Shown here: in pieces, positions 38,280-47,922 of the stretch | Position numbering within the stretch: the first letter of the stretch is position 1 | How the letters are laid out: each line of letters opens with the position of its first letter | Source: an uncultured Solibacteraceae bacterium | GTDB lineage: Bacteria > Acidobacteriota > Vicinamibacteria > Vicinamibacterales > SCN-69-37 | Assembly (NCBI GenBank): GCA_964419785.1 | Contig: CAYQRM010000136.1 | Span: 5,305 to 69,304 of the forward strand | Direction of reading: 5' to 3' | Length of the DNA: 64,000 bases | Position numbers and translations under genes: made by a program | Notes under the pieces: generated by a model | Seen by the model: the letters and a program-made list of their open reading frames with translations, nothing else | The model's database searches: none | Told to the model about the DNA's origin: nothing

Positions 38280-39082
38280 AAGGCCATCGTCGTTCGGCGT
38301 CCGGAGTCCGGGGTCCGAGGTGCGGCGTCGATGAAGTGATCGATGATGTCCGCGAGCCGGCGCGGCCGCGAAATCACACCGAGATGGCCCGTGCGCGCGA
38401 GGCGCGCGTGGCGCGCGCCGCGGATGCGCGAGACGTACTGCATCGTTTCGTCGACGGGCACGACGCGATCGAGATCGGGATCGCCGGTGATGACGAGCGT
38501 CGGCGCCGTGATGCGGTCGCACGCGGCGATGAGATCGGTCGCATCCCAGGCGCGCACGAAGCCGGCCATGCGCGTCGGCGATGCGGGAAAGCGAATCGCG
38601 CGGCCGATGTGCTCGGTCAGAAACTTCGGGCGCGCGGCGCCTTCGAGCGCGCGCATTTCGGGCAGCAGCCGTCCGACCGCGCGCACCGCGAAGATGGGCA
38701 GCGACAAACGCGGGTGTCGGACGTGGCCGGCGGAGGGGTGATCCCAGCGCCATTTCGGCGCCGGCGTCGACACGAGCACGAGCGCGGACGTGCGATCCCG
38801 CCGCTCGGCCGCGTAGTACAGCGCGACGAGTCCACCGAACGACACGCCGACGATCGTCGCGTGCGTTTCGCCGGCGCGGTCGAGCAGCGCGTCGATGTGT
38901 TCGACCCACGCGTCGAACGCGCGCTCGGGGAGACGCGCATCCTTCACATCGCCGAGCGAGAAGCTGAGGACGCGATGATGCGCGCTCATGGCGTCCACGG
39001 CAGGCGCCATCCATTCCCATCGGCCTTGCAGCCCGGGAATCAGCACAACCGGCGAGCCCTCGCCTCTATCCACCATCGTCAT
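38276..39082 (-). CDS. Alpha/beta fold hydrolase
   Basis: GEGSPVVLIPGL, VGVSFGG, PTLVITG..D.VVP, TGHLG; ATGA-coupled; C-terminus encoded by a 7-mer array (38293-38327). Confidence 0.88.
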   Translation of the reverse strand: MTMVDRGEGSPVVLIPGLQGRWEWMAPAVDAMSAHHRVLSFSLGDVKDARLPERAFDAWVEHIDALLDRAGETHATIVGVSFGGLVALYYAAERRDRTSALVLVSTPAPKWRWDHPSAGHVRHPRLSLPIFAVRAVGRLLPEMRALEGAARPKFLTEHIGRAIRFPASPTRMAGFVRAWDATDLIAACDRITAPTLVITGDPDLDRVVPVDETMQYVSRIRGARHARLARTGHLGVISRPRRLADIIDHFIDAAPRTPDSGRRTTMAL

Positions 39083-39112
39083 TCGTCGGACCACGGACCG
39101 GCGGCCCAATCG

Positions 39113-41389
39113 CTAGTTTCTCAGTGGCCGCCCTGTCTTGAGCGTATATCCGATCCGTTCGAGTGTCTGTCGCTCGCCGCAGAGCTTCAGGAACGCCTCG
39201 CGCTCGAGGTCGAGCAGATAGTCTTCGCTGACCGTCGTCTTGTGCGCGATGTCGCCGCCGGTGAGCACGCGTGCGACTGCGCGGCTGACGAGGGCGTCGT
39301 GATCGCTCGCGTGACTCGCGCGCCACGCCAGGTGGACACCGAGCGAGAGCAGTGCGAAGAGATCGGCGCCGCCGACGGGAATAGCGGCGCGACGCGCGGG
39401 CGGCTGGTAATCGCGCGCGCGAATGATGGCGACGGCTCTCGCATCGGCAATGGTGCGCTCGCGATTCATCGTGAAAGCGTCGACGTCGCGCAAGTAGCCG
39501 AGCCGGCGCGCATCCGGGGCGCTCGTTGAGACCTTGCCGAGCGCGATCGTTTCGAATGCCGCCCGCACGTGCGGCGTGGGATCGCCGCCGGCCGCACGAT
39601 CGAGCGCTCGCAGCAGCATCTCCTTCGTGCCGCCGCCGGCGGGAAGCAGGCCCACGCCGACTTCCACGAGGCCGACATAGGTTTCTGCCGCGGCCTGAAC
39701 GCGATCGGCGTGCAGACAGATCTCGCAGCCGCCGCCGAGCGCGAGGCCCATGGGCGCGACGACGACCGGGACCGGCGACGTCTTGATCGCCATCGACGTC
39801 CGCTGGAACTCGCGAACCATGCGGTCGACTTCGTCCCAATTGCCCTCCTGCGCCTCGAGAAGCAGCAGCAGGATGTTGGCGCCCGCGGAGAACACGTCGG
39901 CCTCGCAGCCAATGACGAGCGCGGTTTGTTTGGCCGATTCGGCGAGACCCGCGCGAATCATCTCGAGCGTCTCGCCGCCGATCGTGTTCATCTTCGAGTG
40001 GAACTCGACGCACAGTACGCCGTCGCCGAGATCGACGAGGCTCGCGCCGCCGTTCTTCTTCATGACGCCTGCCGCCTTGGCCGATTGCAGCACGAGCAGG
40101 CCCGGTCCGGCGGCCGGCAGCGCAGCGTCGCGGAAGCGATTGCGTCCGGCGTCGAGGAGACGACGGACGGCCGGCGGCGGATCGGCGACGGCGCAGGTTT
40201 CGAGGACGTTCTTCACGCCGAGGGCGTCCCAGATCTCGAACGGCCCCAGCTCCCAGCCGTATCCCCACCGCATCGCACGATCGATGTCATCGATCGACGC
40301 GGCGATTTCGTGTGCGACGGTGGCGGCATAGACGAGCGTCGCGCCCAACGTGCGTCGAAGCAGATCGCCGAGGCGATCGCGGTCGAGAAACAACGTGCGA
40401 AGGCGATCGGGCAGGGCGCCCGGGCGGGTCGTGTCGAGCGCTGGGAACTTCGCCGGCGCTGGGTCGCGGTAGTCGAAGCGTTCGATATCGAGCGTGAAGA
40501 CGCGCGATTCGCCTTTGGCGTCTTTCGTTTTCAGGTAGAAACCCCTCCCGGCTTTCTCGCCGACGAGGCCACGCTCGAGCATCGCCGCGACGAATGGCGG
40601 CAGGGCGAACGACGCGCGCTCGCGATCGGGCAGGCGCGCGGCAAGATCGCGCGCGACATGCGCGAGGATGTCGAGTCCAGCGATATCGAGCGTCCGAAAC
40701 GTCGCGCTCTTTGGCCGTCCGATCGCGGGCCCGGTGGCCGCGTCGATCTCCTCGATCGTGAATTCGCCGGACGAGACGAGCTCGAGCGCGCGGCACGCGC
40801 CGAACACGCCGAGCCGGTTGGCGATGAATCCCGGCGTGTCGCGCGCGGCCACGACGCCCTTGCCGAGGTGATGATCGATGAACGTCGAGAGCGCGGCCAC
40901 AACGTCGGCGTCCGTCTCCGGCGTCGCGACGATCTCGACGAGCCGCAGGTACCGCGGCGGATTGAAGAAGTGCGTGCCAAGCACGCGTCTTCGCGCCTCG
41001 GGCGGCAGCTCCGCAGCGATGGCGCCAATCGGGATGCCCGACGTGTTGGAGGATAAGACCGCGCCAGGGGACGCGTGCGTCAGCACACGACGAAACAGAT
41101 CGCGCTTGACGTCCAGTTGCTCGACGACGGCCTCGATGATCCAGTCGGCGCGGGCGACGTCCTGGAGTTGATCGAACCCGCGCGGCTCGATCAGGCCGAC
41201 GACGTCTGGTGTAAAGAGCGGATCCGGACGAATCGACCGCAGCCGGTCGCGTCCTTCTCGCGCCGCGTCTGCCGTGAGATCGAACAAGAGCACGGGCACG
41301 CCCGCGTTCGCGATATGCCCCGCAATCTGTGCGCCCATCGTTCCTGCGCCAAGCACGGAAATAACGCCGGGTGTCTTTTTAGAGGACAC
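39113..41389 (-). CDS. fadN: 3-hydroxyacyl-CoA dehydrogenase / enoyl-CoA hydratase (FadN-like)
   Basis: VLGAGTMGAQIA, IEAVVE, SSNTSG, HFFNPPRY, PGFIANR; crotonase part FSAGAN, LGGGCE, GLVEVGVGLLPAGGG. Confidence 0.93.
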   Translation of the reverse strand: MSSKKTPGVISVLGAGTMGAQIAGHIANAGVPVLLFDLTADAAREGRDRLRSIRPDPLFTPDVVGLIEPRGFDQLQDVARADWIIEAVVEQLDVKRDLFRRVLTHASPGAVLSSNTSGIPIGAIAAELPPEARRRVLGTHFFNPPRYLRLVEIVATPETDADVVAALSTFIDHHLGKGVVAARDTPGFIANRLGVFGACRALELVSSGEFTIEEIDAATGPAIGRPKSATFRTLDIAGLDILAHVARDLAARLPDRERASFALPPFVAAMLERGLVGEKAGRGFYLKTKDAKGESRVFTLDIERFDYRDPAPAKFPALDTTRPGALPDRLRTLFLDRDRLGDLLRRTLGATLVYAATVAHEIAASIDDIDRAMRWGYGWELGPFEIWDALGVKNVLETCAVADPPPAVRRLLDAGRNRFRDAALPAAGPGLLVLQSAKAAGVMKKNGGASLVDLGDGVLCVEFHSKMNTIGGETLEMIRAGLAESAKQTALVIGCEADVFSAGANILLLLLEAQEGNWDEVDRMVREFQRTSMAIKTSPVPVVVAPMGLALGGGCEICLHADRVQAAAETYVGLVEVGVGLLPAGGGTKEMLLRALDRAAGGDPTPHVRAAFETIALGKVSTSAPDARRLGYLRDVDAFTMNRERTIADARAVAIIRARDYQPPARRAAIPVGGADLFALLSLGVHLAWRASHASDHDALVSRAVARVLTGGDIAHKTTVSEDYLLDLEREAFLKLCGERQTLERIGYTLKTGRPLRN

Positions 41390-42036
41390 TAGGCCCGCCC
41401 AGTCTTGAGGATGGCGACGCGAGCGGGAGGCTGTCGCTGGACGCCATGGATGAAGAGATCGACGAGGGCCGCAGCGTCGGTCTCGAGCGCGTAAGTGCGG
41501 CCGGTGAGGATCCAGCTCATCGCCATCTCGTCGAGCGCGCCGAGGAACAGCTTCGCACAGAGCGCCGGGGTGGCGTCGCTCCGGAAATCCCCGCGCGCCT
41601 GGCCCAAGGCGATCGTGTCACGAATCAGCCCCACGTACTCGCGATGCCGGCCCGACGAGAATCCGTTCATGAACTTGGCCGACTGTCGCATCTCGACGAG
41701 CAACACGACGGCGAGAGCGGGATTCTCGCCCAGGCGCGAGAGGTGCAGCTCGGCGAATCGGCGCAGGCGGGCCGCGGGATCGGCGACCGAACTCAGCAGA
41801 TCGCGGCCCCGTTCGAGGGCATCGCGCACCGTGCGGTCGAAGATCGACGCCAGCAGGTCGTCCTTGCCCTTGAAATACAGGTACACCGTGCCGGTGGCGA
41901 CCCCCGCACGACTGGCAACGTCGGCGACCTGAGCGGCGAAGAAGCCGCGCTCCGCGAAGACGTCAACCGCGGCGGCGAGGATGGCTTCGCGGCGGGCTGG
42001 GGACGGGACGCGGCGGGCGCGGCGGCGGGCAGGCAC
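41389..42036 (-). CDS. fadR: TetR-family regulator, FadR (YsiA-like)
   Basis: ILAAAVDVFAERGFFAAQVADVASRAGVATGTVYLYFKGKDDLL; first gene of the fad operon with a FadR box upstream; start probably GTG 42036. Confidence 0.85.
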   Translation of the reverse strand: MPARRRARRVPSPARREAILAAAVDVFAERGFFAAQVADVASRAGVATGTVYLYFKGKDDLLASIFDRTVRDALERGRDLLSSVADPAARLRRFAELHLSRLGENPALAVVLLVEMRQSAKFMNGFSSGRHREYVGLIRDTIALGQARGDFRSDATPALCAKLFLGALDEMAMSWILTGRTYALETDAAALVDLFIHGVQRQPPARVAILKTGRA

Positions 42037-42045
42037 AAGTATTAC

Positions 42046-42068
42046 TGAATGATTATTCATTCATTATA
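42046..42068 (-). promoter_or_regulatory. FadR operator TGAATGAATAATCATTCA overlapping a perfect TATAAT -10 element
   Basis: Near-perfect 18-bp palindrome at 42046-42063 matching the Bacillus FadR/YsiA box TGAATGANTANTCATTCA; minus-strand TATAAT at 42063-42068. Confidence 0.85.
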
Positions 42069-42260
42069 GCGCTTCCCGATGTCTCCGACCCTGCCCCCTT
42101 GGATTTGGCTGGTGATCCTTAGGACAGCTCCCGGATGACTCGCCCGGTACTGTACGGGAGGTGCAACGGCCGTGCGGGGACGCGTCGTATTGATCTGGCA
42201 GTCCGGTGCGTCCCCTGTTGCCAGCCAGGCGTGGCGCGATTCCGGCGTTGGGTGGCACTT

Positions 42261-42536
42261 ATGTTGGGAGCATCTGAACAGCAAGCTCTGGTCACGCGGC
42301 TCAACCGGATCGAGGGTCAGATTCGCGGGATCCGTCGCATGGTCCAGGAACCCCGGCTCTGTATCGAGATCCTGCAGCAGCTGGCGGCAGCCGAAGCCGC
42401 ACTCAATCGCATCAGCCTGGCGGTCTTCAAGCATCACGTCGACGCGTGCGTCACCGACGGCGTGTCGAAGGGCGAACCCGAGCGGCGAAAGCAGCTGACT
42501 GAGCTGGTCGATATCTTCGACCGCTTCGCGAAGTAG
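42261..42536 (+). CDS. csoR: CsoR/RcnR-family metal-sensing repressor (CsoR-type Cys-His-Cys)
   Basis: RLNRIEGQIRGI.RMV...R.C.EIL.QL.A...AL, HHVDAC. Confidence 0.85.
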   Translation: MLGASEQQALVTRLNRIEGQIRGIRRMVQEPRLCIEILQQLAAAEAALNRISLAVFKHHVDACVTDGVSKGEPERRKQLTELVDIFDRFAK

Positions 42537-42659
42537 GCCCTACCCGCTACCAGTACCCCAATAGAGTGGATCGAGGCCTATCCAAGGTCTTGGATACGGC
42601 CGGCCAGACCCTGGGCCCCCGGGGCGGCCGGTCTTTATAAGTCAATAAGTTACAAGGTC

Positions 42660-42688
42660 TTGACACCCACCAAAATTGTGGGTGAAAT
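42660..42688 (+). promoter_or_regulatory. Sigma70-type promoter of the TBDR gene with an operator palindrome in the spacer
   Basis: TTGACA (42660) - 17 bp - TGAAAT (42683); CACCCAC-caaaatt-GTGGGTG at 42664-42684. Confidence 0.6.
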
Positions 42689-42775
42689 CTTGCATCTTGC
42701 AATCGGCACTTAACGGTCCTGGTCTCCGTGTCTGCCTCTTGGCAGTGACGGAGCCTTGGGAGATGGAGGCAACTC

Positions 42776-45715
42776 ATGCAGAAACGACTGGTACAAGCCG
42801 CCCTGGTGGCCTTGTGCCTGATGGCGTTCGCTGGTCTCGCTTCCGCCCAGGTGTTCACTGGGCGCATAGATGTGACCGCGAAGGACGGTACGGGCGCCGT
42901 ACTGCCGGGCGTCACCGTCGATATCACTGGCCCGCAGTCGGCCAGTGCCGTAACCGACAGCCGCGGTGAGGCGCACTTCCTCAACCTCGCGCCCGGCACA
43001 TACACCGTCAACGGCAAGCTGTCGGGGTTCAACAACTACAAGAACGACAACGTCCCGGTAGGCGCAGGCAACGTCATCCCCCTGGACATCACGCTGTCGG
43101 TCGGCAACGTCGCGACCTCGGTCGAGGTCAAGGCGGAGACGCCGGTGCTCGAGACGAAGAAGACGTCCATCTCCACGAACGTGACTCTCGACGAGCTCCA
43201 GAACGTCCCGACGTCGCGCGATCCGTGGGTCGTGCTGCAGACCGTACCTGGCATCACCGTTGACCGTGTGAACGTCGGCGGAGCCGAGTCAGGCCAGCAG
43301 TCGAACTTCCAGGCCAAGGGTGCTCGCGGCCAGGACAACACGTGGAACATGGACGGGATCGCGATCACGGACATGGCCGCGCTCGGTTCGTCGCCGACCT
43401 ACTACGACTTCGACATGTTCCAGGAAATGCAGGTGACGACCGGCGGCGCCGACGTCACGACCGCGACGCCAGGTGTCGGGCTCAACTTTGTGTTGAAGAG
43501 CGGCACCAATCGCTTCCGCGGGTCGGGCCGGTACTATTTCGAGAACGACGGATTGCAGTCCGACAACCTGTCGGCGGCGTTGACGAGCCAAATCACGAGC
43601 TACAACCGCGTGCAGGCCTACTACGACATGGGCGTTGAAGCCGGCGGGCCGATTGTCAAAGACAAGCTGTGGTTCTGGGGTGCGTACGGCTACACGAATC
43701 CGCGGCTGAGGATCTACACGTACTCGAAGAGCGGTGGCGCGACGATCTTCAACCAGGGCACCGATTCTCAGTGCTCGCAGCTCGGCACGACGAGTATCGC
43801 TCCGCCACAGGCCTACTCGGTCACCGCCCGCGACTGCACGACGTTGAAAAACACCTCCGCCAAGCTGAATGGCGATTTCAACAGCGCGACGCACGCCTCG
43901 TTCACCTTCTTCGAAGGCAACAAGCAGAAGTTCGGCCGCAGCGCTGGTCCGACCCGCCCGTCAGAGACGACCTGGAATCAGGACGGACCAACTCGACTGT
44001 ACAAGGCTGAGGTCAACCGCACCATCTCGGACAGCCTGTTCGTGACCGCACGGTACGCACACATTCAGGGCGGTTTCACGTTCCAGCCACTTGGCGGCAC
44101 CTCGGGTAACGTCACGGCGTGGCAGGACGACAGCGCGATCTGGCACGGGACCTACTACTCCTACGACACGAACCGTCCCCAGGACACGCTTCAGCTGGAA
44201 GGGACCTCGTTCAAAGGCATCCACGAGCTGAAGTTCGGCTTTGGCTGGCGCAAGTCGTCGGTCAGTTCGAACGTGACGTGGCCAGGCCTCGTGTATACGC
44301 TCGACAACGGGTACCCCGACTTGTTCGCGGCCTTGTCGCGTCCCTTCGCATTCAATGGACATAGCGTGTACTGGAACGCGTATGCCGGTGACGTCATCAC
44401 GAAGGACCGCTTTACCTTCAACCTCGGCCTGCGGTGGGACCGCCAAGCGGGCTCCACGGACCCGGTCTCGATCCCCGGCAACCCGCTCGATCCTGTCCAT
44501 CTGCCCGCGCTCAACGTCGGAGGCCAGGACAACGTCGTCGTCTACAACACCATCGTTCCGCGTCTCGGCGTGACCTACGCGCTCGGTAAGGATCGGAAGA
44601 CGCTGCTCCGAGCGACCTACTCACGATTTGCGGATCAGCTGGACTCGAACCTGCCGTACAGCCTGTCGATCGGCGTGCCGTACTACTCATATTCGTACTG
44701 GTACGCGACGGACAAGAACGGCGACCATCAGGCGCAGGCGAACGAGCTGACATCATTTGTGGGCACGAACGTTCCGCACGCCACGACCGGAAGCTATAAA
44801 GTGCCGAAGACGGACGAGTTCGTCCTCGGCGCCGACCATGAGCTCATGCCGAACTTCGGCGTCAGCGCATCGTGGACGTATCGCCGCCGGACCGATCAAG
44901 ACTGGCTGCACCTGAACGGCTTGACCGGCAGCGACTACGTGCAGACCGGATCGCTCGTCGGCAACGTCGCGCCCATCGGTCCCTTCTGTGGGAGCAGCGC
45001 CGGGTGTCCGCTCTATTCACCGCTGCCGGGAACCGTACCTTCTGACCTGGGCTTCATCTTCGAGAGCCGTTCCGGTTATCACCAGACGTATAAAGGCCTC
45101 GAGATCGCCGGGACCAAGCGGATGTCCAACAACTGGATGATGCGCATGTCGTGGTCGGGCGGAGCGAACCGCGAGTACTTCGACAGTGTTGACGCCAAGG
45201 CCGATCCGACACCCACGCTGCCCGGCAACGCTGAGTGGACGACGAATTCGCCGAACGTCAATGGCGGCGTCGTCATCACGCAAACCTCCGGCAGCGGAAA
45301 GAGCAACATCTTCATCGTGCTGCCGAAGTATCAGTTCGTGCTGACGACCGCATATCAGATGAAGTACGACATCAACTTCGGTCTCAACTACTTGTTCCGG
45401 CAGGGCTATGCCGAACCGTACTACAACAGCTCGACGCTCGACCCAATCACCGGAGGCCGTCGCAATGTCGTGGTGATCCCGCAGAGCGTTGACGACTACC
45501 GGCTGCCGAACGTGCACTCGGTGGACGGCCGCGTGAGCAAGGGCTTCAATTTCAAGACCTTCACGGCCAACGTCGACTTCGATCTGTTCAATATGTTCAA
45601 CTCGGCCACGCCGCTCGGCAAGCAGTACGACCAGCGTCGGGCGAACTTCAACCAGATCTTGGAGATCATGAATCCGCGCATCCTGAGGATCGGTGTTCGC
45701 GTGTCGTTCAAGTAA
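42776..45715 (+). CDS. TonB-dependent receptor, Oar-like, with N-terminal CarboxypepD_reg domain
   Basis: Signal ..LASA|Q; TGAVLPGVTV, plug LQNVPTSRDP..LQTVPG, DGIAITD, FQEMQVTTGG, FNLGLRWD, DLFNMFN, C-terminal PRILRIGVRVSFK. Confidence 0.92.
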   Translation: MQKRLVQAALVALCLMAFAGLASAQVFTGRIDVTAKDGTGAVLPGVTVDITGPQSASAVTDSRGEAHFLNLAPGTYTVNGKLSGFNNYKNDNVPVGAGNVIPLDITLSVGNVATSVEVKAETPVLETKKTSISTNVTLDELQNVPTSRDPWVVLQTVPGITVDRVNVGGAESGQQSNFQAKGARGQDNTWNMDGIAITDMAALGSSPTYYDFDMFQEMQVTTGGADVTTATPGVGLNFVLKSGTNRFRGSGRYYFENDGLQSDNLSAALTSQITSYNRVQAYYDMGVEAGGPIVKDKLWFWGAYGYTNPRLRIYTYSKSGGATIFNQGTDSQCSQLGTTSIAPPQAYSVTARDCTTLKNTSAKLNGDFNSATHASFTFFEGNKQKFGRSAGPTRPSETTWNQDGPTRLYKAEVNRTISDSLFVTARYAHIQGGFTFQPLGGTSGNVTAWQDDSAIWHGTYYSYDTNRPQDTLQLEGTSFKGIHELKFGFGWRKSSVSSNVTWPGLVYTLDNGYPDLFAALSRPFAFNGHSVYWNAYAGDVITKDRFTFNLGLRWDRQAGSTDPVSIPGNPLDPVHLPALNVGGQDNVVVYNTIVPRLGVTYALGKDRKTLLRATYSRFADQLDSNLPYSLSIGVPYYSYSYWYATDKNGDHQAQANELTSFVGTNVPHATTGSYKVPKTDEFVLGADHELMPNFGVSASWTYRRRTDQDWLHLNGLTGSDYVQTGSLVGNVAPIGPFCGSSAGCPLYSPLPGTVPSDLGFIFESRSGYHQTYKGLEIAGTKRMSNNWMMRMSWSGGANREYFDSVDAKADPTPTLPGNAEWTTNSPNVNGGVVITQTSGSGKSNIFIVLPKYQFVLTTAYQMKYDINFGLNYLFRQGYAEPYYNSSTLDPITGGRRNVVVIPQSVDDYRLPNVHSVDGRVSKGFNFKTFTANVDFDLFNMFNSATPLGKQYDQRRANFNQILEIMNPRILRIGVRVSFK

Positions 45716-45734
45716 GGCGATCGAACGAAAAGAG

Positions 45735-45768
45735 AAAGGGCGCTGCCTTCTGGCAGCGCCCTTTTTTT
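45735..45768. terminator. Bidirectional intrinsic terminator
   Basis: aaa-GGGCGCTGCC-ttct-GGCAGCGCCC-ttttttt between convergent genes. Confidence 0.9.
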
Positions 45769-47911
45769 ATTGCAGTGATTTCCAGCCCAGCACCGCGAGC
45801 GCGTCGCGTGCCTGCTGTTCGAACGGGCCGCCAATGGCGAGATATTTCTTGTACGCCTCGATCGCACGCTCGCGGTTGCGATCGGCGAGCATGGTCGTCG
45901 CGGTGGGGTTCGAGGACGTGCTGCGCAGGATGCGCAAGAAGAGGAAGTGATAGGCGCGCCCGAGGTTGAAATAACCGAGGCCGTCGTCGGGCGCGGCCGC
46001 GATCGCCTTGTTGAACGCGTCCACGGCATCGTCAAAGGCGGCGCGCGCGACCAAGACGCATCCGGCGGCCAGGTGCGTTTCAGCGTCGTTCGGCCAGCGA
46101 CGCTCCGCCTCGCGCAGCACCGTCAGCGCGTCACTCTGGCGATGCTGCTGAATGTAACTGTCGGCCAGGTCGAAATAGACCGGTTCGTAGTCTGGAAGAT
46201 CGTGCCGAACGCGATCGAAGGCCTGAACCGCCGCGTCCAGGTGCTGGAGCGCGAATTCCGCCTGGCCGAGCGCGTACTGGATCCACGCAGCGTTCGGCGA
46301 GGCCGCCGCCGCACTTGCGAGCTTCTCTCGCGCCTCCTCGACGTGCCCCTTGGCGTACAACTGCCACCCGTCGTGCGCCAGCTGCGTCGCTTCAGGGGTG
46401 GCAGTTCGTCCGGCGTTGCTGCCCGACGAAGCGAGTACCGTCACCAACCCGACACTATCCGGACGGCTGATCAGGCCTGACTCGTCGGGCCGGCGCGGCG
46501 CGCCCATGATGCCGGACTTTCCGACGGCTAGTGGGAGCGCATCGACGACGGTTCCGATCGGCACCGCAGACGGCGTCGTCGATGCCGTCGCTCCCGAAGG
46601 TTCTTCCGGCGCGGCCGGGCCAGTCGCGCTTCTCGCGGCGAGGTATCCCCGCCGGGCGCGCACGACGACGTCGGGACGCCGCACGGTGACCTCGAGCTTG
46701 CGATACGAGTCGTCGAAAGCTTTCGCGGGCCGATAGCCCAGCATGTAGTACGTGCTCGTCTCACGCGCGAGCCGATCGAGTGGCTCGCGGAAGTTGTTGT
46801 AATTGAAAACGCGATCGCCGCCGGTATCCAGCGCGAGGCTCGTCAGCACGTCGGCATTGGCATCATTCGAGAGCGACGTAAGCTCGCCTGTCAACGTCAG
46901 CGGTGCGGGACCCAGAAAGGACTGCATGCGCTCGTCTTTGCCGATGCCGCGTGCGTCGAACGTCGAGAAGTGCACGCCGTTGCGCGCGGCAAGCCCCACC
47001 ACCGTCTTCAGCCATTCGCTGGTGTCGTCGGTGTAGAAGCCTTCAGAGAACACCACCACCTGCTTCGGCCCGGGAATGCGCGCAAGGCCGTTGGCAAGCG
47101 ACTGCAGCTCAGTGAGGCTGATCGATGTGTCCCGCATGGTCTCGGCGGCGATTCGTCGGCCCTTCTCCTCGACCTGCTGGCGAACGCTTTCGTCGCCGCC
47201 CCGGTTGCACTCGCCCGGCTGTTCGGCGCATCCGCGACGCACGACCGCGTCGATCGTCGGCTGGTCGTCTTTGGCGATCTTCGCGGCTTCGAACTCATCG
47301 AGAATTCTTGGGAAGCTCCGCATTTCGGCGAAGCGAGACAAATTCGGCGTCTTGACGTCCGCGAACGTCTTCTGCAGCGCGTCTCGATCGCCGGTGATTC
47401 GATTGCCGAGCATCTTGCCGTTGGCGACGATGCCGACGAGATCGCTTGGCGTGAATTGGTCTTTCAGAAAGTCCAGGATGGCGTCGCGACTGCGCGTGAA
47501 GCCCGCGGCGGACAAGTGGTTCATGTCGAGCATGAACACGAACACGCGCTGTTTCATTTCGCGGCGCTCGGGACGTTTCGCAGTCCCGGAGGCGAGCGAC
47601 GTCGTCGCTGACGCATCGAGGACTTTTCGATCGAGCGAGGCGAGATAAATCGTCTGAATCGTCTGGCTCTGTCCGTCTTCACGAATATCGAAGTCGGCTG
47701 CCGTCAGATCCGTCACGGGTTGGCCGTTCTTGTCGGTAACTGACACGTCCACTTCGACAAGATCCACTCCCGCGGAAAACTGCGGACGAGCCTGGGTGGC
47801 CGACGCCGGGCGTGGCGATGTGGTTGGAGGCGGCGTTTGCTGCTGCGCCAGTACTGTCGCGGCGCCGGCGGCGAGGAGGGTCGCCGACAGGATCGCAGAG
47901 CCTGGCCGCAT
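45767..47911 (-). CDS. Secreted acidobacterial VWA-domain protein with C-terminal TPRs
   Basis: FSAGVDLVEVDVSVTDKNGQPVTDLTAADF...EDG..Q.I, FMLDMNH, KQVVVFSEGF, L..LA.DTGG, YY.LGY.P, VRARRGY; TPR helices; start reassigned to ATG 47911. Confidence 0.88.
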   Translation of the reverse strand: MRPGSAILSATLLAAGAATVLAQQQTPPPTTSPRPASATQARPQFSAGVDLVEVDVSVTDKNGQPVTDLTAADFDIREDGQSQTIQTIYLASLDRKVLDASATTSLASGTAKRPERREMKQRVFVFMLDMNHLSAAGFTRSRDAILDFLKDQFTPSDLVGIVANGKMLGNRITGDRDALQKTFADVKTPNLSRFAEMRSFPRILDEFEAAKIAKDDQPTIDAVVRRGCAEQPGECNRGGDESVRQQVEEKGRRIAAETMRDTSISLTELQSLANGLARIPGPKQVVVFSEGFYTDDTSEWLKTVVGLAARNGVHFSTFDARGIGKDERMQSFLGPAPLTLTGELTSLSNDANADVLTSLALDTGGDRVFNYNNFREPLDRLARETSTYYMLGYRPAKAFDDSYRKLEVTVRRPDVVVRARRGYLAARSATGPAAPEEPSGATASTTPSAVPIGTVVDALPLAVGKSGIMGAPRRPDESGLISRPDSVGLVTVLASSGSNAGRTATPEATQLAHDGWQLYAKGHVEEAREKLASAAAASPNAAWIQYALGQAEFALQHLDAAVQAFDRVRHDLPDYEPVYFDLADSYIQQHRQSDALTVLREAERRWPNDAETHLAAGCVLVARAAFDDAVDAFNKAIAAAPDDGLGYFNLGRAYHFLFLRILRSTSSNPTATTMLADRNRERAIEAYKKYLAIGGPFEQQARDALAVLGWKSLQ

Positions 47912-47922
47912 CGTCGAGCACT

